A model generated the notes under the pieces. That model was not told the DNA's origin and did no database searches. It saw only the letters and a list, made by a program, of their open reading frames with translations. From NCBI GenBank assembly GCA_963812155.1, contig CAWETW010000002.1, forward strand, positions 432,681 through 496,680: DNA of 64,000 nucleotides. The letters run 5' to 3'. This stretch comes from Vulcanimicrobiota bacterium. GTDB taxonomy: Bacteria > Vulcanimicrobiota > Vulcanimicrobiia > Vulcanimicrobiales > Vulcanimicrobiaceae. Made by a program: the position numbers and the translations under genes. Below, piece after piece: positions 33,430 through 41,758 of the stretch (position 1 is the first letter of the stretch; each line of letters starts with the position of its first letter).

Positions 33430-33625
33430 GAATATGCACGACTTTATGCACTTATCCACAGGGCACCCGTTACGATGTTTCCGGCTCTTTTCGGCACTAT
33501 GAACCGGGCCGGCGGCCATCCCCCGAAGCGCGAAATGATCATATGCAGCCGTCGTTTCCGGGACCGTCTCGAGGCCCTCCGGGACGAATTTTTCCACAGG
33601 GTTGTCCACATGTGTGGAGAGCGGG
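33430..33625. promoter_or_regulatory. DnaA-box cluster upstream of dnaA
   Basis: TTATCCACA 33452-33460, TTATGCACT 33444, TTTTCCACA 33590, TTGTCCACA 33602, TGTGGAGAG 33613. Confidence 0.85.
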
Positions 33626-33781
33626 TTCGCGGGCGCGCCTTCAAACGCCGCGAGGGTGCCGCACCCGGGCCGGATCGACGCCCTTTCACGCGGGTCTAGG
33701 CAAGCGTCCGGACGGGAAGGGCGCCAGGACCGCTCGAGGCGATTGGGTAGCACGTCGTCGCGGGTGACCGGAGGATAGGCC

Positions 33782-34798
33782 ATGCTCTGGCGCTCGTTCT
33801 CGTTTGCCCGGCAGCCGTTGTGGGCTGCACTCCTGCTCGCCGGAGCCGGCTGCGCCGGCAACGCAGCCCCCGCGGCTCCTTCGCCGGCAACGCTTCTGCA
33901 AGCCGATGCGACGCCGAGCGCGCTTGCGCCCGCGATCGTCGTTGGAAATTATAGCGGCGCAAACATTCTCAAATTCGCGCTCGACGCGAAGGGTAACGTT
34001 TCGCCGACCGCGGTGATCTCGGGACCGCGAACCGGCATCGAACACGCCGACAACGTCGCGCTCGATACGAGCTTTCGCACGTACGCGTCGATCAACGGCA
34101 AGACGATCGCAGCGTATTCGGCCGATGCGCACGGAAATGCGAAACCCGTCCGCACGATTGCGGGCGGCAATACGCAGCTGGCGTTTCCAATCGGCGTCGC
34201 GGTGGACTCGGCGGGGTATTTGTACGTCGCCGACTGCGGCTACGGGAACGTGAAAGTCTACGCTCCGGGCGCAAACGGAAACGTTTCGCCGATTCGCGTC
34301 ATCGGGTTGACCAGCGGCTGCACGATTCAACTCGCGGTCGATAAAACCGACCAACTCTACGTGACCTCGGGCGACAACCTCATTTCGGAGTTTTCTTCCG
34401 AATCCAACGGCAACGCGCTGCTGCGCACGATTTCGGAAGGAAAGGGCTCGGGCGGCATCGGCATTCGTTCCATTGCGGTCGACGGCCGCGGTTATGTGTA
34501 CGCCGGCAATCTGTTGGCGAAAGACATTCGCGTCTTCGCGCCGCACGCGCAAGGATTCGCGAAACCCGTGCGCACGATCGGTGGTTCGAACACGCACCTC
34601 GGCGCGGCGACGGGCTTAGCGCTCGATGCATCCAACAACCTGTACGCGACGATATGCCGCCATTGCTCGCAGGGTTCGGGTACCGACAGCATCGTGGTCT
34701 TTGGCCCGGGCGCAAAAGGTAATGTGAAGCCCGACCGCGTCATCGAGGGGAAGAACACGATGCTCTCATCCCCGACCGATCTCGTCGTACGGCAATAG
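33782..34798 (+). CDS. NHL/beta-propeller repeat secreted protein, probable lipoprotein
   Basis: GAGC lipobox-like motif; repeated P.GVAVD..G.LYVAD and GNV.P.RTI.G..T.L units. Confidence 0.8.
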   Translation: MLWRSFSFARQPLWAALLLAGAGCAGNAAPAAPSPATLLQADATPSALAPAIVVGNYSGANILKFALDAKGNVSPTAVISGPRTGIEHADNVALDTSFRTYASINGKTIAAYSADAHGNAKPVRTIAGGNTQLAFPIGVAVDSAGYLYVADCGYGNVKVYAPGANGNVSPIRVIGLTSGCTIQLAVDKTDQLYVTSGDNLISEFSSESNGNALLRTISEGKGSGGIGIRSIAVDGRGYVYAGNLLAKDIRVFAPHAQGFAKPVRTIGGSNTHLGAATGLALDASNNLYATICRHCSQGSGTDSIVVFGPGAKGNVKPDRVIEGKNTMLSSPTDLVVRQ

Positions 34799-34905
34799 AG
34801 GGCTCGCCCCGGCGCCTCCGACGATTTTTTCCGCCTCTCGACCGACTACCTGAGCGTCTACCGGTACATCCTCAAGGACCTGCGGTCGGTCCCCTAGCGC
34901 GCGCC

Positions 34906-34935
34906 TTGCCACGGGCGCCCGCCTCCTGGTATAGT
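34906..34935 (+). promoter_or_regulatory. Sigma70-type promoter for rpmA-obg operon
   Basis: TTGCCA (34906), 18-nt spacer, TGgTATAGT extended -10. Confidence 0.65.
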
Positions 34936-34944
34936 AGCCCGGCT

Positions 34945-35223
34945 ATGTTCGTCTTCGATCTCCAGCTCTTCGCCTCGAAGAAGGGCGCCGGTTCCACGCG
35001 CAACGGTCGCGACTCCAACGCGCAGCGCTTGGGCGTCAAGCGCTTCGGCGGCGAGAACGTCATCGCCGGCAACATCATCGTGCGCCAGCGCGGCACGCGG
35101 TTTTACGCGGGTCAGAACGTCGGCATCGGCCGCGACCACACGCTGTTTGCGCTGGTCGACGGCACGGTGCAGTTCTCGAACCGCCGCAACCGCAAGTACG
35201 TCGACATTCGCCCGGCCGCGTAA
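34945..35223 (+). CDS. rpmA: 50S ribosomal protein bL27 with N-terminal extension
   Basis: [33 protein letters not shown]. Confidence 0.97.
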   Translation: MFVFDLQLFASKKGAGSTRNGRDSNAQRLGVKRFGGENVIAGNIIVRQRGTRFYAGQNVGIGRDHTLFALVDGTVQFSNRRNRKYVDIRPAA

Positions 35224-35269
35224 GCGACCGGCATCTTTTCTGGCGCGCGCGCCGAAGCAGAACGGCGGC

Positions 35270-36535
35270 GTGCAGTTCATCGATGAAGCCGTGATTGCCG
35301 TCGCCGCCGGGAAGGGCGGGGACGGCATCGTTGCATGGCGGCGGGAAAAGTATATTCCCAAAGGCGGCCCTGCCGGCGGTGACGGCGGCCACGGCGGCAG
35401 CGTCTACCTGCAAGCCGACTCGGAACTCTCGACGCTCGTTGAGTTTCGCTACAAGCGGAGCTTCGCAGCGGAGTCCGGCCGGCCGGGCGGCACCTCGAAC
35501 AAATCCGGCAAGAGCGGCGACGACTTGACGATTGCCGTGCCCGCGGGAACGCTCGTCTACCGGACGCTCGAAGGGAAAACGGAAGCCTATTTCGCCGATC
35601 TCGACGTTCCCGGCGAACGGCTGCTCGTCGCCAAGGGCGGACGCGGCGGTCTCGGCAACCAGCACTTCGCAACCAGCGTCCGCCAAGCGCCGCGCTTTGC
35701 CGAGCGGGGCGAGCCCGGGGAGCATTGCGCGTTACGGCTCGAACTGCGCCTGCTGGCCGATTGCGGCGTCGTCGGCGTTCCCAATGCCGGCAAATCGACG
35801 CTGCTTTCGGTGGTTTCGGCGGCCCGTCCGAAAATCGCCGACTATCCGTTTACCACGATCGAACCGCAGCTCGGCGTGGTGCGCGTCTCCGACGAAGAAT
35901 CGTTCGTGATGGTCGACGTTCCCGGCCTGATCGAAGGCGCGCACGCCGGTGCCGGTCTCGGCGATCAATTCCTCAAGCACGTCGAGCGCACGCGCGCGCT
36001 CGTGCATCTGCTCGACGGCGCCAAGCCCCTCGACGACATACTTCACGACAAAACGATGATCGAGCGCGAGTTGGAAGCGTGGAATCCGAAACTGCTCGAG
36101 AAGCCGGCGCTTCTCGTCGTGAACAAAATCGATCTGCCCGACGCGCGCGAACGGCTCGCCGAACTGCGCGAGCGATTTCCCGGGATTTCCGGCATCAGCG
36201 CGGCGACGCGCGAAGGCGTGCGCGAACTCGTTTTTGCGGTCGCCCGCACCGTCGAGCTGGCGCCGGTTCCCGAAGTCGTCGCGCCGGCGCCGGCGACCAT
36301 CGAACTGCTGCCGTCGGACGCCTTCGTGCTCGTGCGCGGCAGCGACGGCGCTTTCGAATTGTCGGGCAAGCGTATCGAGCGGCTCGCCGCGATGACGAAC
36401 TTCGACTCCGACGAGTCGCTCGCGCGCTTCGAACGCGCGCTCGCAAAAATGGGCGTCGAAAAGAAATTGCGCGACATGGGCGCCGCGCAAGGGGATACCG
36501 TCCGCATCGGGACGTACGAATTCACGTACTCATGA
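35270..36535 (+). CDS. obgE: GTPase Obg/CgtA
   Basis: Gly-rich Obg domain, GVPNAGKST, YPFTT, DVPGLIEGA, C-terminal OCT-like domain. Confidence 0.97.
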   Translation: MQFIDEAVIAVAAGKGGDGIVAWRREKYIPKGGPAGGDGGHGGSVYLQADSELSTLVEFRYKRSFAAESGRPGGTSNKSGKSGDDLTIAVPAGTLVYRTLEGKTEAYFADLDVPGERLLVAKGGRGGLGNQHFATSVRQAPRFAERGEPGEHCALRLELRLLADCGVVGVPNAGKSTLLSVVSAARPKIADYPFTTIEPQLGVVRVSDEESFVMVDVPGLIEGAHAGAGLGDQFLKHVERTRALVHLLDGAKPLDDILHDKTMIERELEAWNPKLLEKPALLVVNKIDLPDARERLAELRERFPGISGISAATREGVRELVFAVARTVELAPVPEVVAPAPATIELLPSDAFVLVRGSDGAFELSGKRIERLAAMTNFDSDESLARFERALAKMGVEKKLRDMGAAQGDTVRIGTYEFTYS

Positions 36536-37140
36536 AACTCGGTATTTTCGGCGGCACGTTCGATCCGATTCATAACGCGCATCTCTTCGTCGCCGAATCG
36601 GCGCGGTTGAGCGAAGATCTCGATCGCGTGTTGTTCGTACCGGCTAACTCCCAGCATTATCGCGACCGGGCGCACGCGCCGGTCGAGCATCGGTGCGCGA
36701 TGATCCTCGCCGCCATCGCCGGCAACTCCGGATTCGCGCTCGACGATACCGATTTGCACGAGGATGCGACCGGGTATACGGCCGATTTGATTCCGCGGCT
36801 CGCACGGCGCTATCCGGGCGGCACGTTCACGTTCATCATCGGCGCCGATTCGCTCGTCAACACGGCGTGGGTTCGCTTCGACGAAGTGTTGGAATCGCTC
36901 GAACGTTTCGTCATCGCGCCGCGCCCCGGCGTTCGAGCCGACGCGCTGGGCCGCGTGCTGGAGGCCGTTCCGGGCCGTCTGCGCGAGCGCGTCGCGTCGC
37001 TAAACCTTCCCGAGGTTCCCGAATCGGCGACGGCAATTCGCGCGTTGCTGTCGCAAGGCCGCAGCATTCGTTACTTGGTCCCCGACGAGGTTTGGCAATA
37101 CATCCTCACGCAAAAGCTCTACGGCTTCGGCGATGCGTAG
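36532..37140 (+). CDS. nadD: Nicotinate-nucleotide adenylyltransferase
   Basis: GIFGGTFDPIHNAH, FIIGADS, SATAIR. Confidence 0.93.
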   Translation: MKLGIFGGTFDPIHNAHLFVAESARLSEDLDRVLFVPANSQHYRDRAHAPVEHRCAMILAAIAGNSGFALDDTDLHEDATGYTADLIPRLARRYPGGTFTFIIGADSLVNTAWVRFDEVLESLERFVIAPRPGVRADALGRVLEAVPGRLRERVASLNLPEVPESATAIRALLSQGRSIRYLVPDEVWQYILTQKLYGFGDA

Positions 37141-37537
37141 CGGGCTGCTCGCGCCGCTCGCCGTCGCGCTCTGGGCGAGCGGCTGCGCCGGCGGTGGCGG
37201 CGACGCGGCGGTCTGCTCCGCCTACCACGACGGACGTTCGCACGCCGAGGTGGTTGCCGATGGACGCGTCACCACCGTACTCGGCGTTGCGCAAGGCCGC
37301 GTCAGCCCCCACGAAGGGTTTCTGATGCGACTCGATTCTGGTTGCGACGTCATCGTTCGCGTGGAAGCCAATACCGATCTCACCGGCGAGTTTCCGATCG
37401 CTCGCGGCGACCGCGTGGTCGTCAAGGGCGAGTACGAGTACTATCCGCGCGGCGGCGTGATCCACTGGACGCATCGCGACCCGCGCGGGCGGCACGAGGG
37501 GGGCTACGTGCAGCTCGGCGGCCGCACGTATCAATAG
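37133..37537 (+). CDS. DUF3465-like lipoprotein
   Basis: ASGC lipobox; GEYEY...GGVIHWTHRDPRGRHEGG. Confidence 0.8.
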   Translation: MRSGLLAPLAVALWASGCAGGGGDAAVCSAYHDGRSHAEVVADGRVTTVLGVAQGRVSPHEGFLMRLDSGCDVIVRVEANTDLTGEFPIARGDRVVVKGEYEYYPRGGVIHWTHRDPRGRHEGGYVQLGGRTYQ

Positions 37538-37542
37538 CGCGG

Positions 37543-38232
37543 ATGGACGATCGTCGCGTCACGCGCGTGATTCTCGCGAGCGGCTCGCCGCGGCGACTGG
37601 AACTGCTGCGCTCGCTCGGGCTGGACGTCGTCGTCAAGCGGAGCGGTTACGGTGAGCCGTCGATCGCGGGAGTCTCGCCCGAGCGCCTGGCGACGCTCCA
37701 CGCGCGTGAGAAGCTGGCGAGCGCCTTGCGCGCCGCGGCCGAAAGCGCCGCCGCGGACCTGCCCGTTATCGCGGCAGACACGGTGGTCGATGCCGGCGGC
37801 GTCGCGCTCGGGAAGCCTGCGGATGCCGGCGATGCGGCCCGAATGCTGCGACTCCTCTCGGGTCGCGAACATCGCGTGCATACCGCATTCGCGCTCTCGC
37901 TGCCCGGCGTCGCATCGCCGGTCGAGGAACTCTCGACGGCGCTGGTGCGCTTCTACCCGCTCGACGATCGCGAAATCGCCGAGTACGTGGAAAGCGGGGA
38001 GCCGCTCGACAAGGCGGGAGGTTACGGCATCCAAGGGCGCGCGGCCGCACTCGTCGAGTCGATCGCCGGCGACTTTTACACGGTGATGGGTTTTCCGCTG
38101 GCTCGCTTCGTTCGCGCCATGCGGCGGTTGGGATTTTCTCTGCCGACCGCGAATCCCGTGGCTCCTTCAACTGCGGCCTCGGCCGCGCACACCGTGGGAG
38201 CGGCCGATTTTCACGTACCGGGACGAACGTAG
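37543..38232 (+). CDS. maf: Maf nucleotide pyrophosphatase
   Basis: ILASGSPRR, AADTVV, LGKP, DKAGGYGIQG. Confidence 0.93.
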   Translation: MDDRRVTRVILASGSPRRLELLRSLGLDVVVKRSGYGEPSIAGVSPERLATLHAREKLASALRAAAESAAADLPVIAADTVVDAGGVALGKPADAGDAARMLRLLSGREHRVHTAFALSLPGVASPVEELSTALVRFYPLDDREIAEYVESGEPLDKAGGYGIQGRAAALVESIAGDFYTVMGFPLARFVRAMRRLGFSLPTANPVAPSTAASAAHTVGAADFHVPGRT

Positions 38233-39010
38233 ACTTTTCGCGCTGATCAGCCTCATCATCGTGGCGGCGTTGATTGCGCTCGTGCAAATCAACGCGCAGC
38301 GTGCGAAGACGGAGAGTCCGATCGCGGCGGTCGCGACGTCGCTTTTCGCATTTGCAGAGAGTGCGGTCTCGGCGACGGCGGCCGGGGCGCGCGGCGGCGC
38401 TGCGGCGGTCTTAGCGTTGCCGCAGCTCGAACGCGACGTCGCGCGGCTGCGCGCGCAGAATACCGCGCTGTCGGCCGAAAACGCCCGGCTGCACGAACTC
38501 GCCGCCGCCTATGCGGCCGAGGCCGGCGTTCGCGCTTCGGTCGCGCTTTACCACGGCATCGAGGCACGCGTCATCGGCTTCGCGCCGGAAAACGAATCGC
38601 GCACGGTGACGATCGATCGCGGATCTCATGCCGGCGTGCGCCGCGACGACGGCGTCGTCTCGGAAAGCGGCGTCGTCGGAAGAGTTGCATCGGCCGGTCC
38701 GCTGACCAGCACGGTGGTGCTCGTCACCGATTATACCAGCCGCATTCCGGCGGTCGTGCGCCGGGGCCGGTGGTGGGGCATCGCGCGCGGGAATCTCGGC
38801 AGCGTCCGGTTGGAATACGTGTCGCAGGATGCGCCGCTGGCAGCCGGGGACGTCGTCGTCACCGGCGAGGGACGTTCGTTTCATTCGGGCGTGCCGATCG
38901 GGACCGTCAGCGCAACCGAGCGCGGCGACGCAACGCTCTACCAAACGGCGGTGGTAACGCCCGCGGCGAATCTCGGCGCTCTCGATCGCGTTGTCGTCAT
39001 TCCGCGGTAA
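38207..39010 (+). CDS. mreC: Rod shape protein MreC (probable ATT start; first canonical start 38261)
   Basis: TM, coiled coil, IDRGS..GV, GVVGRV, GDVVVTG. Confidence 0.88.
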   Translation: MFTYRDERRLFALISLIIVAALIALVQINAQRAKTESPIAAVATSLFAFAESAVSATAAGARGGAAAVLALPQLERDVARLRAQNTALSAENARLHELAAAYAAEAGVRASVALYHGIEARVIGFAPENESRTVTIDRGSHAGVRRDDGVVSESGVVGRVASAGPLTSTVVLVTDYTSRIPAVVRRGRWWGIARGNLGSVRLEYVSQDAPLAAGDVVVTGEGRSFHSGVPIGTVSATERGDATLYQTAVVTPAANLGALDRVVVIPR

Positions 39011-39518
39011 GCCGCAAGCCGCGCCGTTCGTCGGGCCGCCGTGGTACGTGGCGGCGGCATGGCTGGCGGTCGCGGTCCTCCTGCAAGCGACGCTGGTGCA
39101 CGCGGTTGCGATTCGCGGCGTCGTGCCGAGCGTCGTACTGGCAGTCGTCGTCTGGTATGCGCTGCGCGTCGACGTGCTGCGCGCGGCGGCGTACGGACTC
39201 GCCGCCGGACTCTGTGAAGACGTCCTTTCCGCGACGACCGGCGCGGCGTGGACGATTTCGACGCTCGCCGCCGCCGTAACCGCCGGCATCCTGTCGCGCG
39301 GGTTTTTCGCCGACTCAATTCCGCTCGCAGCCGCCATTACGATCGTCGCAACGCTGCTGCGGGCGCTGATTTTCTGGGCCATCATGTCGTTCGAAGGCTA
39401 TCCGCCGGGATTGGGCGCGATGCACGCGCGCGAAGCGCTGGCGGCTGCAGTGCTCAACGCCGCGGTCATCGTTGCGGCCACGCTCGTCGTGCGCCGCATC
39501 GGTCCGCGCACTGCATGA
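38991..39518 (+). CDS. mreD: Rod shape protein MreD
   Basis: Hydrophobic multi-TM protein with GLCEDVLS, between mreC and mrdA. Confidence 0.8.
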   Translation: MSSFRGKPQAAPFVGPPWYVAAAWLAVAVLLQATLVHAVAIRGVVPSVVLAVVVWYALRVDVLRAAAYGLAAGLCEDVLSATTGAAWTISTLAAAVTAGILSRGFFADSIPLAAAITIVATLLRALIFWAIMSFEGYPPGLGAMHAREALAAAVLNAAVIVAATLVVRRIGPRTA

Positions 39519-41365
39519 CGACGAACCGGCCGCCGAAACCGCAGCCGTGGGAGCGGCCCGCGTGGCGCGTTGCCGCACTGGTCGCGTGCATGCTCGCGGC
39601 GGGCATCGCGCTCGTCGTGCGCCTAGTCGAGGTGCAGTTGCTGGACGGCGAAAAATATCGCGCCGCGGCGCAAGCCAATCAAGTGCGCTTGATTCCGGTG
39701 GCAGCACCGCGCGGCGTCATCTACGATCGTCACGGCACCGTCCTGGTGCGCAGCCGTCCCTCGTTCGTCGTCGGATTGATTCCCTCGCAGATCGAAGATA
39801 TCGACGGCGAGCTGGCAACGCTCGCGACGACGCTCGGCGTCGACCCGGGCGTGCTGCGTTTTCGTTTGCTCCATCATCGCGGCGCGAACTATCGCGATTT
39901 CGACGAGGTCGTTGCCGGCGAACCGTACGGTCCGGTCGTGCTCGCAAGCGATTTGCCGGTCGCGAAAGTCGCGCGCCTTTCCGAGCTGCTCAGCGAACTG
40001 CCGGGCATCGATTTGGAAGTGCAGCCGACGCGCGACTATCCGTACGGGCCGCTTGGATCGCACCTTTTCGGCTACGTCGGGGCCATCACCGAACAAGAGT
40101 ACCAACGCCTTAAGAACCAAGGGTATTCGCCCAACGACGTCGTCGGCAAAGACGGCCTGGAAGCCGTCTACGATAGGTATCTGCGCGGCGTTCCGGGCGG
40201 CGAGCGCGAGCTCGTCGACGCGACCGGCGCCGTCGTGTCGACGATTTCCTCGCAGCCCGCCATTGCGGGCGACACGCTGGTGACCAGCATCGATTGGCGG
40301 CTGCAGCATATCGTCGAAAACGCGCTGGCTTCCGAGATTGCGTCGTGGGGGCACGGCCGCCGGCTGTCGGGAGCCGTGGTCGCCGAGGATCCGTGGACGG
40401 GCGGAATTCTCGCGCTGGCGAGTTATCCCAACTTCGATCCGCGCGACTTTGCGAGCGACCGCTTCAAACGCGTGCAGCGCTATCTCACCGACGCGAGCGA
40501 ACCGCTCTTCGATCGCGCGATTGCCGCGGCTACGCCGACCGGGTCGACCTTCAAGATGGTCACCGGTTCCGCAGCGCTCACCGAAGGCGTCGTCAAAGTC
40601 GATCAAGTCGTCTACGATACCGGCGGCTGGAACTGCGGCGGTTACTACGCGCGCGACATCGCCGCCGGCGGCCTCGGCAACACGACCTTCGTGCCCGCAC
40701 TGGCGGCGTCGAGCGACGGCTACTTCTTCCGGCTTTCGTGGTGGCTGGGCAACGAGCGCTTGCGCAGGTACGCGCTCGCGTTCGGTCTCGATGCGAAAAG
40801 CGGCGTCGATCTTCCGGGGGAGAACGAAGGCAATTGGCCGACGAACGCGTGGGAAATGCGAACCTTCGGCGTTCCGATGCAGCCCAGCGAATCGTGCTTT
40901 CTCGGAATCGGGCAAGGCGCGATGCAAGCAACGCCGCTGCAGATGGCCAACGTCGCTTCCGCGGTCATCAACGGCGGTACGCTCTACAAACCACAGATCG
41001 TGCACGAGATTCGTTCGCCGAACGGCCGCATCATCAAGCGCTTCTTGCCCGAAGTCATTCGCCGAGTTCCGGTCACGCCGGAGTCGCTGGCTGCGGTGCG
41101 CGCGGGCATGGCGAAAGTCACCGATCCGGGCGGCACCGCGTACGGATTGGCGATTGCGGGCTTACCGTATTCGGGAAAGACGGGCACCGCCGAAACCGCC
41201 GGCGGCAACGGTCCGAACACGACGTGGTTCATCGCGTGGGCTCCAAGCGATCGCCCTAAAATCGCGTTGGCGGTTTTCGTCGATCGCAGCGGTGGCTACG
41301 GCGCGCAGGTTGCCGCTCCGATCGCGCGCCAAATTCTCGTCGAGTACTTCCGCAAGAAACCGTAG
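39515..41365 (+). CDS. mrdA: Penicillin-binding protein 2
   Basis: APRGVIYDR, STFK, SSD and KTG catalytic motifs. Confidence 0.93.
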   Translation: MTTNRPPKPQPWERPAWRVAALVACMLAAGIALVVRLVEVQLLDGEKYRAAAQANQVRLIPVAAPRGVIYDRHGTVLVRSRPSFVVGLIPSQIEDIDGELATLATTLGVDPGVLRFRLLHHRGANYRDFDEVVAGEPYGPVVLASDLPVAKVARLSELLSELPGIDLEVQPTRDYPYGPLGSHLFGYVGAITEQEYQRLKNQGYSPNDVVGKDGLEAVYDRYLRGVPGGERELVDATGAVVSTISSQPAIAGDTLVTSIDWRLQHIVENALASEIASWGHGRRLSGAVVAEDPWTGGILALASYPNFDPRDFASDRFKRVQRYLTDASEPLFDRAIAAATPTGSTFKMVTGSAALTEGVVKVDQVVYDTGGWNCGGYYARDIAAGGLGNTTFVPALAASSDGYFFRLSWWLGNERLRRYALAFGLDAKSGVDLPGENEGNWPTNAWEMRTFGVPMQPSESCFLGIGQGAMQATPLQMANVASAVINGGTLYKPQIVHEIRSPNGRIIKRFLPEVIRRVPVTPESLAAVRAGMAKVTDPGGTAYGLAIAGLPYSGKTGTAETAGGNGPNTTWFIAWAPSDRPKIALAVFVDRSGGYGAQVAAPIARQILVEYFRKKP

Positions 41366-41371
41366 CGCATA

Positions 41372-41758
41372 TCAGGATGACGAGGCGAGCACTGCGAGTG
41401 CCGCCGAGATGCGCGACGCGCGTTCGCCGGGATTGGCGGCGAAATAACGCTCCACGCATGCGCTGCCGCCGCGGCGCGTAAGGGCGTGCGCCGCCGCTAG
41501 TGCGACCGCTTCGGACGAATCCCCGAGGGCGCGCTCCAGCAACGGCTGCGAGGCATCGTCTTCCAGCGCGCCGAGGGCAAAGACCACGTCGCAGCGCTCG
41601 GATTCGCAAAGGCCTGCGAAATCGCTGCCCGCGTCGCCGGTCCAGGTATCGTCGCCGCGCGCACGCACGGCAGCGGCTCGCGACGATGCGCGCACGGCAA
41701 CGAACGCGACCGTCGCCAGAATGAAGACGCCCGCGACGACCGCCGCGGCGAAGATCAC
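41372..41758 (-). CDS. Small membrane-anchored HEAT-repeat-like protein
   Basis: N-terminal TM; LERALGDSSEAVALAAAHAL; start overlaps stop of upstream gene. Confidence 0.6.
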   Translation of the reverse strand: MIFAAAVVAGVFILATVAFVAVRASSRAAAVRARGDDTWTGDAGSDFAGLCESERCDVVFALGALEDDASQPLLERALGDSSEAVALAAAHALTRRGGSACVERYFAANPGERASRISAALAVLASSS

